Virus record (IMG/VR): IMGVR_UViG_3300021963_000077
Location: 25,511 to 89,510 of that record
Length of the DNA stretch: 64,000 nucleotides
Source of the DNA: a virus
Strand: one strand, 5' to 3'
Shown here: positions 7,645 to 16,743 of the stretch, one piece after another
Layout: each line of letters begins with the position of its first letter
How positions within the stretch are numbered: position 1 is the first letter of the stretch
Position numbers and translations under genes: made by a program
Notes under the pieces: generated by a model
What the model saw: only the letters and a program-made list of their open reading frames with translations
Databases searched by the model: none
Told to the model about the DNA's origin: nothing

Positions 7645-10394
7645 TTGTACCACCTAAACATTTCTGGAGTTGTTTTTATATATTGAAGTAATTCCGAGTA
7701 CTCGAACATCATTGATAGATTTGCGTCAGTTAGGCCATTCATTCCGGACTGAGCTCCATAGATGAAGTTAATGTGATGGCGGGCTGCCTCAAACCCAAGA
7801 AGCTCAGCGGCAGCTACTCCGTTTCGCCACTCACCATCTCGGTCAAAACTTAAACCAAAAATGAAATGATTGAGGTCGTGTATATGCTCAAATGGAGCTG
7901 CACCACCAGACGAAAGCAACTTAAACTCTGGATCGCGCATCCAGTCAAGAGCGATATCTAGATATGTACCACTGTCGGATATGCCGTATCGTTCCGATGT
8001 TTCTGGCAATCCAAGCTTTTCACGAATAGCCTTAATAATTGGGTTGTAATACTGAGCCAACTCATTCAGTTTATCTGAGTATGCAATTATTGAATCAGTT
8101 TGTTCTTTTGCGAATCGCCCTGCCTCGGTATCCGCAAACTCAATGTCTAAATTATTGAGCAATCCACGAGGCGTTGTGTCGTAGGGCGGATTTTCCTTTA
8201 CGTACCGATCATGCTCTTCCTTGTCATAGACAGGCGTTATTGGGGTTAGATATTTCATAAGAAAGGTCAAACCTATTCCTAGCCGGTCTGACTTTGGTGC
8301 ATTGTTTATTGTGTAGACATCTTCGCCATCTTTTGTTCTTGCTTTTAGAGTCTTACCATCCTTACTTCTTTCGGGTCTCCAAAATTCAGCAAGTTCTGTA
8401 TCTTTTATTACTTGGTTGAGTATGGCTTCGCTAATTTCACGAGCCTCGTCATCATCGGGCTGGAAAACTTCAGTCTTTATCCTGTCACGGTTTGGGCCAA
8501 ATTTATCGGCTAGGCCAGGTATTTCTGGAAGGCTCATAATTACGGACCCAGAAGGGCCTTCAGCTAGCTCAACCTCTGAAATGCGTTGCTCAGGTTTTTC
8601 AAATACTGGAAAAGCTTTTTCAAAAGCATCTTTTTGCTCTTCGTTCAGTTTTGAGAATGCAGACATTGATGCGGTTACCGCTAGTGGTCGTTCAAATGCT
8701 GTTGAGTCTTGAACTAATCCATCACCATCGCCATCTTCAGCATCTTGATCAAAGCGATCCGTTAGTGATTTTTTCTGAAGAGGAAGTTTTCTATCATCTG
8801 GACATGGTCCGGGATTGTCCCAATAATCCAAATGACCGACATAATGCTTTGTATGAGCCCTGTAGCTTTCAATCATGAACCTTACAGAATTGAACTCTTT
8901 ACAAAGACCAAGAACCTGGAGAGATCTTGCCATTTTCCATATACGCGTTCCATAAACCGAGCTTGGTGACTGACCGTTTGCAAAGTCTGGATTATCAATC
9001 CATTCTTCCTTGTCTAGATCCCACGCCAAGGCAGATGTATAAAGTCTGGCAGCTTCAGCTACAGAGTCAGTAAACTCTTTGTTTTTGCGGAGTTTTTTAA
9101 TGTTGGTTTTGGCTAGGTTGTAGCGTTCTCCATACGCTATTGATCCGCGGTCAATGGGAAATGTCCACCAGTCATAATGCTCTGAGTGAAATTTTTTCCA
9201 GTTTGAATTATTAGCATATTCTTTGAATTTAGCAACTTGTGCTTTTTGATCTTTTATTACTGATTCATCTCCACCATATGGAGCATCATTCCAATAGCGT
9301 TTTTTCTTCTTTTTTGCTCTGAACTTAGAGAGCCAGTTTGACCCAGTTTTTTTCCGTTTTGCTGGTGAGGAAGGGCCTTGTGCGCCAAAATCAAGCGTCA
9401 TCTGCACGGGTTTTGATGGACGAGAGTTTGGAGCATCGGCGGAGCCAAGGGAGTCAATAAATGACTCATCTAGCGCTGTCTCCTCGAGCGCATCGTAGTC
9501 TTCCTGTAGTTCTTTTAACTCTTCTATGGATAGACCCGCAAAATGCGGATACATCCTATTGAGCGTATCTTCACTAATAGATGGGTCAAAACGGTCTGAG
9601 ACATAGTCTTCAAAGTCAATCAAGTCATCTGTAGAAAAAGCATCAATCAGCCTGAATGGCTGAGCAAAATCATCAAGCTCATCTGTTCCAAAAGAATCAT
9701 CCGGTAGCAAGTTTCGGTCAAGAATGTAACCGCGCACAAGATCTGCATGCTGTGAGTCTGGAAGACTTGCTAGATTTGGATAGTAATCAGCTAGAGATTC
9801 TCTATTTTCCCCAGATAATATTGCCTCAACATACTCAGGCACTACATCAAAATCGTCTGAATTTAATTTTGATAGTATCTTTTTATATGCTTTTAAGGCT
9901 GACTCATCCTCGTCATTTATTCTTGCCATTGCCCCGACGATGCGCCTATTTGATGAAGGTCTTTTACCCATACGAGGTTTATCTGGTCTTTGCCAAGATG
10001 TTCCATCTTGAACAAAGCCATCTTCATCACCGTCAATAGCATTTGGGTCAAACCGCTGATTCAGGTTCCGTATGCGTGGAAGAGCCTTTCCAGAAACCTC
10101 AGCACTGACTAGTCCTCCACCTGGGAGGGTATCAATACCTAAAGGGCCACGCTCCGAAAGATTCTCCCAGTTGGAACCACGTTTTTTGCGTTTGGTTTTG
10201 CGATATACCTGATCAGGTATATCGTCGGTAGCCTTGTATTCGCGCTTTGGGTTTGACGTTTCAGCTTCGTTTGAGATTCGCTGAAGAGTTTCGTGCGAAT
10301 CGCACGGCATCCAGTTGCCGTCACCGTCTTGGTGAGCACCAGAGCAGCCTAGATACCCTGCAACCTTAAGAGCTTCCTCTTTACTGCTTGCCAT
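7641..10394 (-). CDS. Modular polyprotein: LGC...WMPC module, two DGD cassettes, OGFr/DUF1810-like domain, C-terminal HDxxH domain
   Basis: 917 aa; HYDWWTFPID...RIWKMARSLQVLG; HIHDLNHFIFGLSFDRDGE. Confidence 0.7.
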   Translation of the reverse strand: MASSKEEALKVAGYLGCSGAHQDGDGNWMPCDSHETLQRISNEAETSNPKREYKATDDIPDQVYRKTKRKKRGSNWENLSERGPLGIDTLPGGGLVSAEVSGKALPRIRNLNQRFDPNAIDGDEDGFVQDGTSWQRPDKPRMGKRPSSNRRIVGAMARINDEDESALKAYKKILSKLNSDDFDVVPEYVEAILSGENRESLADYYPNLASLPDSQHADLVRGYILDRNLLPDDSFGTDELDDFAQPFRLIDAFSTDDLIDFEDYVSDRFDPSISEDTLNRMYPHFAGLSIEELKELQEDYDALEETALDESFIDSLGSADAPNSRPSKPVQMTLDFGAQGPSSPAKRKKTGSNWLSKFRAKKKKKRYWNDAPYGGDESVIKDQKAQVAKFKEYANNSNWKKFHSEHYDWWTFPIDRGSIAYGERYNLAKTNIKKLRKNKEFTDSVAEAARLYTSALAWDLDKEEWIDNPDFANGQSPSSVYGTRIWKMARSLQVLGLCKEFNSVRFMIESYRAHTKHYVGHLDYWDNPGPCPDDRKLPLQKKSLTDRFDQDAEDGDGDGLVQDSTAFERPLAVTASMSAFSKLNEEQKDAFEKAFPVFEKPEQRISEVELAEGPSGSVIMSLPEIPGLADKFGPNRDRIKTEVFQPDDDEAREISEAILNQVIKDTELAEFWRPERSKDGKTLKARTKDGEDVYTINNAPKSDRLGIGLTFLMKYLTPITPVYDKEEHDRYVKENPPYDTTPRGLLNNLDIEFADTEAGRFAKEQTDSIIAYSDKLNELAQYYNPIIKAIREKLGLPETSERYGISDSGTYLDIALDWMRDPEFKLLSSGGAAPFEHIHDLNHFIFGLSFDRDGEWRNGVAAAELLGFEAARHHINFIYGAQSGMNGLTDANLSMMFEYSELLQYIKTTPEMFRWYK

Positions 10395-10396
10395 GG

Positions 10397-10786
10397 CTAC
10401 ACCATGAAATTATCTATAACTAAATTGGAACTCTTATTATCTTTGATATAAGCTTTTGTTGCTTCTTCTGGGGATTTGTACCTCGACGCATACATCTCGG
10501 CTTCTGCTATTTCTGTTTCAAGATCCTTCATAAACTTGTCAAGGAAGTTGTCTGAAAATGTTTTGGAACGATTAATAGCTTTTTGTGCATCAGTGATTGC
10601 TTGAACAAATGCTGATCTGATCTTTGACAATTTCTCATCGCCGCCAATTTCATAGTTCAGTGGCGGAAAGTTGGATACTCGATGAAGCTCAGCGAGACGT
10701 GCGTTGAGCTCTGCCTGTTTTTCAAGTTCGTCTTGGCTCAACGATTCTTCTTCAAGCCAGTCTGCTGAAATGTATGTAGCTGCCAT
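10397..10786 (-). CDS. Small acidic helical protein
   Basis: Start ATG 10786, 2 nt after the stop of the 1984-aa ORF. Confidence 0.6.
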   Translation of the reverse strand: MAATYISADWLEEESLSQDELEKQAELNARLAELHRVSNFPPLNYEIGGDEKLSKIRSAFVQAITDAQKAINRSKTFSDNFLDKFMKDLETEIAEAEMYASRYKSPEEATKAYIKDNKSSNLVIDNFMV

Positions 10787-10788
10787 GA

Positions 10789-13700
10789 CTATCTCCAAAC
10801 TCTATCGCCGTTTTCGTCAGCAATTCTAGCCAAGAAATTCGTTATATCTTGATAACTCCGAACACCTGGAATGGTTGCTGCCCCAGTACGATTTAGAATA
10901 ACAACAATATCTCCGTTGCTACCCATATTTACCGATGTAATTGCTTCGGTAAATTGGTCATCAGTAGTTTTATAAGAGTCATCATAAGTTGTCATTGCGT
11001 CAAAACCGCCAAATACTGAAATTGTTGATGCATTTGCGTGCATTATGACCTGTTGGGCCTTGCGGATCTCGTCATTATATTCTGTTTCATCGTCGTTACG
11101 CGGGTTTGGTATTCTTGACATTTCTAACTGTAGCCAGTAATCAACAAACGCGTCAACATAAAGATTTAATCTATTTCTTACTTCATTACTAAAGTTTGTA
11201 TCAAGTTGGTTAGATTTCTTTAAAGAAGCTATTTTGTCTGTAACCGCTTCAAAATCATTAATGTCAAGAGTTTGAGATGCTTGGCTGCCATACCTTCCGC
11301 TTCTTCCAACAGCTTGTTCAAGCTCGCTAACGATTGTTTGTATCGTATTTGAGGCTGCTGTCATTTGGCGATAGTCAGCAAAGCGTGTGTTTCTTGGAAG
11401 AAGAATAACCATGCCAGCTGCGCCGTACCCACTGAGTCCAGGACCCGTAGCGAAATAATCTCCCCAGCCATAAGCTGTTCCGCCCTGACCAGCAGCAAAG
11501 CGTTCACCAGTTTGCCACTGCTGAACCATGTCGTCACCAGTTACTCCGGAAGATGGGCTCATGTAGCGGCTCAGGATTACCCACTTATGTTTCCCATTAT
11601 CGTCTTTTTCAGCAAGCATGTTCGCTGCTTCTTCTTCGGTTACCTGAACAGGAAGGTCGCTGTAGCCGTTGACTGTAAACAAGGCAGCCATCTGAGCTGC
11701 TCCGCCAGAAGAAGCTTCCTTAGTTGATCCCGGCAATTTTTTGGATTCATATGCATCCTTCATCGCAACGAGCAACTTTTTCTCGTCGTCGGTGATGGCT
11801 GGAGTTGGATTTAATGGCGAGACGTCGCTAAATAGTTTTCCAGATTTGTGTTGATCAACTATTTTTGTTATTTCGTCTGGTGTTCTGGTTACATCAGGTA
11901 CAACACCGAGTTCTGTCGGGTCAAGCCCTCCACCGACACGCGATTTGCCAGCTTTTCTGTCAATAGCTTTCTTTATTTGAGTGTTTGACCAATCAACATA
12001 GCTCTTGTATGACTTGCGTGCTGACTTTTGAACTTCTTCAAGAATTTTATCTTCCGAGAAAACTTCAGAAGCAATTTTTTCAAGTGATTCAACAAATTCA
12101 CCATGACGTACTAACTCGCGTTTTTCAGACTCTTTGAACCCAGCCCCGGGTGTTTGGAATCTCTTTATTAAGTTATTCCGCGTTGAGAGTGAAGATGCAT
12201 GAAGTGATTTGAGTTCTTCAAAAGCATCAACATAATCAGTACCGTCGCCAGAAAGGACTGCTTTGTTTATCTTGTTTATCAGTGATCTAAGGGTCATTTC
12301 ACCGTAGTAATTTGATGCATGCTGACCTCGCGGCCCGCGCCAATCGTACAGATTACGCGCGCGTGTGCGAACTATTTGCTTCCACCCAGATGGCAAAATA
12401 ATGTTATTGTCCTTAAATAGTTTATCTAAGTACTCATCAATTGTTTTTGGTGGGTTTGCATCATCCCAAGCGCTGTCTACTGCAGTAGAACTTAGATTGG
12501 CAACTGCAGAAATAGCGTTTGAATATCCAACGTCTGAGATATCAAAGCTAGGCGCATAAGCCAAAACAGTTGGAAGGCTGACACCGCGACCACCTGAACC
12601 AAAAACAAAAGATGTAGCGGCGCCTTTTGATAGCGGTTCATCTTTTGGAAATAGGTATTCAAGCAAATCACCAATTGTGGTTATACCTTTCATGTCATTT
12701 AACCAGCCTGGCCGACTGTAGGCATTTTTGGCTAATTGACTGTCAACTAAAAAGTCTACGGACTCAGACCAGGTCTTAAATGCTGGATTAGAGCTGGTGC
12801 CGACACCTGGGACAAGTGACTGGTTTTTACCATCAACCCTGACAGATGGGTACTTGACCTGACCTGGCCCACGGCTAGAAACTATTTGCGGAAGTGGTTG
12901 AGCTTTTGCAGAAAGCGCAACATCCACCGAGTCAACAACAATTTGATCTGAAACATCAACTGCGAATCCAGTATCTGGGTCAACCCATAGAACCGTACCC
13001 TTCGGATCACCCTTAGGAATCAAGCCAGTTACATCAGCGCCACGCCAGGTAGAAGGTGATCCACTTGCTGGCTTGCGTTGTGCAGGAGGTGCAGGAGGTG
13101 CAGGAGGTTGCGGCGGAGCAACGGGGGTTTTACCCGTAGCCGAAGGCTTTAAAGCCTGTTGTGTAGTTGTTGGTGAGGTCGTTTTCTTATATGTAACCCA
13201 GTTAACAGTCGGGTCATCTTGGCCTGCATCAGCAACTATACGATGAGCAACGAGCTCGTCATTTTCAACGATTCGGTAAGTCCTACCCAGCTTACGATCA
13301 TCTTTTGGACCGTACTCATATTCCCACATTTGAATGTATGTGTCACCAGAATCATTCTTCTTATCAAATATACCAAGAACTGTTACGTCGTCATCTCCAG
13401 CACCTTTTGGAGCAAGTGTTGGAATATTATTTTGTGCCTCATCTGAATCAGTTAGATCGTTCCATCCACCAGTCGCCCGCAGGATTGCTTTAAACCTATC
13501 TTGTAGGTCAGACCATTCAGCAGCGTCAAATAATTCCATTATCACGCTGTCTACGGAATAGCCAAGGCTTTCTGCTTCCGCTGTATCAACAAACCTAAGC
13601 GGGTACGCCCTATTGGCGGGATCTTTCACGGCTTCAGAAACGTCTTGTGTTTCTGGCGTAGCTACGGCGTTGTCTTTTTTCCTATTTGAAACCGATATAA

Positions 13701-16700
13701 ATGCATGCAGCAAATCATCTTCGCTGAGCGGTTCATCGTCATCATCCTTAGGTATGAAAGGAAATACTTTTATTAGGCCAATTTCAACCTCAACCTCAAC
13801 ATCATCTTCATTAAACTGGCTGACCCTAACCAAGTATGCCCGCGACTTCCCACCATTAATGGAATCAAAATCAACCATAATCATGCGCTGATCGGGTGAA
13901 AGCATTACCTTTACTGGCTTTTGTCCATCTTCTGCGTTGGGCGGAACAAGAGCTCCAATAAGCTCATATTCTTGCGGAGTCAAATCCTGTTCGTCGTTGG
14001 AGTTATACGCATCAGTAATATCTTTCCAATATCTCGGAGGTTTTCCAGTCCTAGACATGTCTGCCAGGTCTCTTGTCTCCTGTGCCATCCCATCAAAGTC
14101 ATCATTATCTCTCACGTAATTATTTGATGGTATTGATCCGCCCCTATTGACAAGACTTGAAGATACGCCATTTACTTCAAATGTGCTGTCTTTATCTTTT
14201 ACATACGATTCGCTTAAGAATGGAGTCTTGGCATTGGCCCTAGCTTCTGTGTAGCTTGTCATTATGTCGCCAAAAAACTTTTCAGCTTCTTTATCATCTT
14301 CGTCTGCTGGTGTGGGAGATTTTGGTGTCAGCGCAATAAAGAAATGAGGTAGGTCGCTATCTTTACCAGCGTCTCGTATCGCCATACCGTTTTCATCAAC
14401 TGGAACATCTGGAACGATGCGTAGACCAAGGCGTTCAGTATTGTCAGTTTCATCATATATGTCGTATATGCGTGCTGTCTTTCTATTTCCATCAGCGTCG
14501 TCATACTCGATTACATAGAGATTTATGCCCTTAAGGGTGTTGGCAGCAAGTAGCACCTCACTATTTTTTAGGCGAATTCCGGTAAGTTTTTCAAGTTTAT
14601 CGGTATCGTAAAAATCATCCAACCATTTTGATATTGCTCCGAAGTCTGGATCACGACTTACCTGGGCATCAAAGTCCCTGACACTGTTTTTGAATAAATC
14701 GGTCTCTGGCGAGTAATTGAGTACATCATCAATTTGTAGACCCAAATCGTCTATTGCTGTTTCTGAAATGAAATCAGCAGGATCATACTCTTTATCGGAG
14801 TCTGTATCTTTTGGGGTAGGTGGAGCCGGGGGAGCAGGGGGAGCCGGAGGAGCCTTCGGAGTCCTTGTGGGCTTTGGAGTTGATGGAGCCTGCGGAGCAG
14901 GTGTTTTATTCGCATCGTCATCACTAGTGCTTGTCGCAGAAATGTTAGCTGCATCCAATATTGCTTTACGCAGTTTTGGCTTTATGTCGTTGAACTTGGA
15001 GAAGTCGTCATTCTCCTCTATGTCGCTAAGCACTAAGAAGTTATGGAGATATGTTTTTAAGATCCCAGCCCGTTGACCATCTGTTTTCTCTAGTTCAGCC
15101 AAGAAATCAAGAATTTCGTCTTCGCTGAGTTCATCCTTTTTCTTCTTGCCGAGGCGCTTGCGCCAGCCCTTATCTAGTGAATCTAAAGCAAGAAGCGCCT
15201 CACTCTTAACTGAAGATTTTTGATCATCCGAGAGCGTGTCCCAGTCAGGAAGTAGTTCACCTTTTTGTTTTACTGTCTGCTTATTTGCTGGAAAGAAAAG
15301 CCCGGATCGGTTTGTTTTAGATAGAGCTACCCTGCGACGCCGCGAACGATCAGAGTCTTTTTTGGGTCTGACAAATCTAAAGCGTCTCTTCTTGGGGGCA
15401 TCGGTGGTATCTGGAACATCTACATCAGGAGCATTTGTTGGCGTTGGTGCCTTTGGCTCTGTGTATGTTTCGTCAAGTACTTCTGATGCTGTTTCGCCAA
15501 GGCGCCTAGCAACTCTGTCACGGAGCCTATCGGTATTACGAGGCTTGCGACCCTTAATCTTTCGTTCCTTCTTTACCTTCGGTTCTTTTGGCGGCTTGGG
15601 GGTACGATCTTCAATATCGCGAACCATGTCTCTGGCCAAGCGTCTACGACTCTTTGGTACACGCCTCTTTTCGGCACGATCAACCGCTGGGGGTGTTTCT
15701 GGCTTTGAGCCACGCACTTTGCGAGGGGTTTTGCGCTTACCTCTAGGTAGTTTGGTAACTGAATCTTTGGGAGTCTCTCGTAGCTCTGCGCTACGTACTC
15801 GCCTGCCACGACGACGCTTTTTGGCTGTGGCTTCTATTTCTTGCGTTGCTTCTCTGATGCGCCTCGCTTGACGACGCGACTGACCAGAAGGTTTATCTCC
15901 GATATCTCGCAGCTTGCCCGCTCCGGACTCTAAGCTTTCAGCTATGCGTGATGCGACTATCTGAGTGCGTGTTTTATCAGCGTTTGCAGCCCGACGCGCA
16001 TAACGACGACCATACTTATCAAGTCGCCCCTGTTGTCTACGTTCTCCAGCTGACTCAAGAGTTTGTCCTAGCTTTCCCAGCTTTTGCAGGTCATCCCCAG
16101 AAGCAGCGATTAAGCCACGGCCAATTCTTCTAGTTGCACCCAGTGTGCACCCACGCCCAAATCTGTTTGTAAATTGACCAGCCGTGTCCCCAGCGTTAGG
16201 AGGACATCTCCATCCACCACCTGGCTTGGCATCTGGATCCCAGACTGCACGCACGCCCTTCACATGTAGCAATAGTGAAGAAATGTCCTTATCAAGAATA
16301 AACGCCTTGACTTTGTAGTCAATTAGGTGCTGCTTGTAGGTGACATCTATTGATGCAATTAGTGCATCAGTAACTGGCCACATATCAATTTCGTCGCCGT
16401 CTTCCTCAAACTCGTCATAGATAGACGAAATGAACTCATCGTCTGGAAGACTTTTTGACTCAATTATTAGGACTTTACTTTCTTGGCTATCAACTATTGA
16501 TGTTGGCAAAAAGTTTGAATATTCAGAGTTTGCCGAAGTTACAACTGTCGGCTTAGAGCTAAATAGATGAGATGGCAGAATTGAATCAAGATCACTGATG
16601 TCAATATCTTGATTGTTGAACCACCTAGCAAATGTTTTAGAGCGATCAGTATTGCCATAGGCAACATATTTGTTATTCACATTAAGCAGTACAGCGAATA

Positions 16701-16743
16701 GCGAATCTGATTCAGAATCTCTAATATCAATAACTTTAGCCAT
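10789..16743 (-). CDS. Giant modular protein with RCP..GQFT motif, Arg/Lys-rich tract, internal repeats and C-terminal ADP-ribosyltransferase-like domain
   Basis: 1984 aa; WRCPPNAGDTAGQFTNRFGRGC; PAPPAP linkers; C-terminal GGTAYGWGDYFA...GFDAM...VVILNRT. Confidence 0.65.
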   Translation of the reverse strand: MAKVIDIRDSESDSLFAVLLNVNNKYVAYGNTDRSKTFARWFNNQDIDISDLDSILPSHLFSSKPTVVTSANSEYSNFLPTSIVDSQESKVLIIESKSLPDDEFISSIYDEFEEDGDEIDMWPVTDALIASIDVTYKQHLIDYKVKAFILDKDISSLLLHVKGVRAVWDPDAKPGGGWRCPPNAGDTAGQFTNRFGRGCTLGATRRIGRGLIAASGDDLQKLGKLGQTLESAGERRQQGRLDKYGRRYARRAANADKTRTQIVASRIAESLESGAGKLRDIGDKPSGQSRRQARRIREATQEIEATAKKRRRGRRVRSAELRETPKDSVTKLPRGKRKTPRKVRGSKPETPPAVDRAEKRRVPKSRRRLARDMVRDIEDRTPKPPKEPKVKKERKIKGRKPRNTDRLRDRVARRLGETASEVLDETYTEPKAPTPTNAPDVDVPDTTDAPKKRRFRFVRPKKDSDRSRRRRVALSKTNRSGLFFPANKQTVKQKGELLPDWDTLSDDQKSSVKSEALLALDSLDKGWRKRLGKKKKDELSEDEILDFLAELEKTDGQRAGILKTYLHNFLVLSDIEENDDFSKFNDIKPKLRKAILDAANISATSTSDDDANKTPAPQAPSTPKPTRTPKAPPAPPAPPAPPTPKDTDSDKEYDPADFISETAIDDLGLQIDDVLNYSPETDLFKNSVRDFDAQVSRDPDFGAISKWLDDFYDTDKLEKLTGIRLKNSEVLLAANTLKGINLYVIEYDDADGNRKTARIYDIYDETDNTERLGLRIVPDVPVDENGMAIRDAGKDSDLPHFFIALTPKSPTPADEDDKEAEKFFGDIMTSYTEARANAKTPFLSESYVKDKDSTFEVNGVSSSLVNRGGSIPSNNYVRDNDDFDGMAQETRDLADMSRTGKPPRYWKDITDAYNSNDEQDLTPQEYELIGALVPPNAEDGQKPVKVMLSPDQRMIMVDFDSINGGKSRAYLVRVSQFNEDDVEVEVEIGLIKVFPFIPKDDDDEPLSEDDLLHAFISVSNRKKDNAVATPETQDVSEAVKDPANRAYPLRFVDTAEAESLGYSVDSVIMELFDAAEWSDLQDRFKAILRATGGWNDLTDSDEAQNNIPTLAPKGAGDDDVTVLGIFDKKNDSGDTYIQMWEYEYGPKDDRKLGRTYRIVENDELVAHRIVADAGQDDPTVNWVTYKKTTSPTTTQQALKPSATGKTPVAPPQPPAPPAPPAQRKPASGSPSTWRGADVTGLIPKGDPKGTVLWVDPDTGFAVDVSDQIVVDSVDVALSAKAQPLPQIVSSRGPGQVKYPSVRVDGKNQSLVPGVGTSSNPAFKTWSESVDFLVDSQLAKNAYSRPGWLNDMKGITTIGDLLEYLFPKDEPLSKGAATSFVFGSGGRGVSLPTVLAYAPSFDISDVGYSNAISAVANLSSTAVDSAWDDANPPKTIDEYLDKLFKDNNIILPSGWKQIVRTRARNLYDWRGPRGQHASNYYGEMTLRSLINKINKAVLSGDGTDYVDAFEELKSLHASSLSTRNNLIKRFQTPGAGFKESEKRELVRHGEFVESLEKIASEVFSEDKILEEVQKSARKSYKSYVDWSNTQIKKAIDRKAGKSRVGGGLDPTELGVVPDVTRTPDEITKIVDQHKSGKLFSDVSPLNPTPAITDDEKKLLVAMKDAYESKKLPGSTKEASSGGAAQMAALFTVNGYSDLPVQVTEEEAANMLAEKDDNGKHKWVILSRYMSPSSGVTGDDMVQQWQTGERFAAGQGGTAYGWGDYFATGPGLSGYGAAGMVILLPRNTRFADYRQMTAASNTIQTIVSELEQAVGRSGRYGSQASQTLDINDFEAVTDKIASLKKSNQLDTNFSNEVRNRLNLYVDAFVDYWLQLEMSRIPNPRNDDETEYNDEIRKAQQVIMHANASTISVFGGFDAMTTYDDSYKTTDDQFTEAITSVNMGSNGDIVVILNRTGAATIPGVRSYQDITNFLARIADENGDRVWR

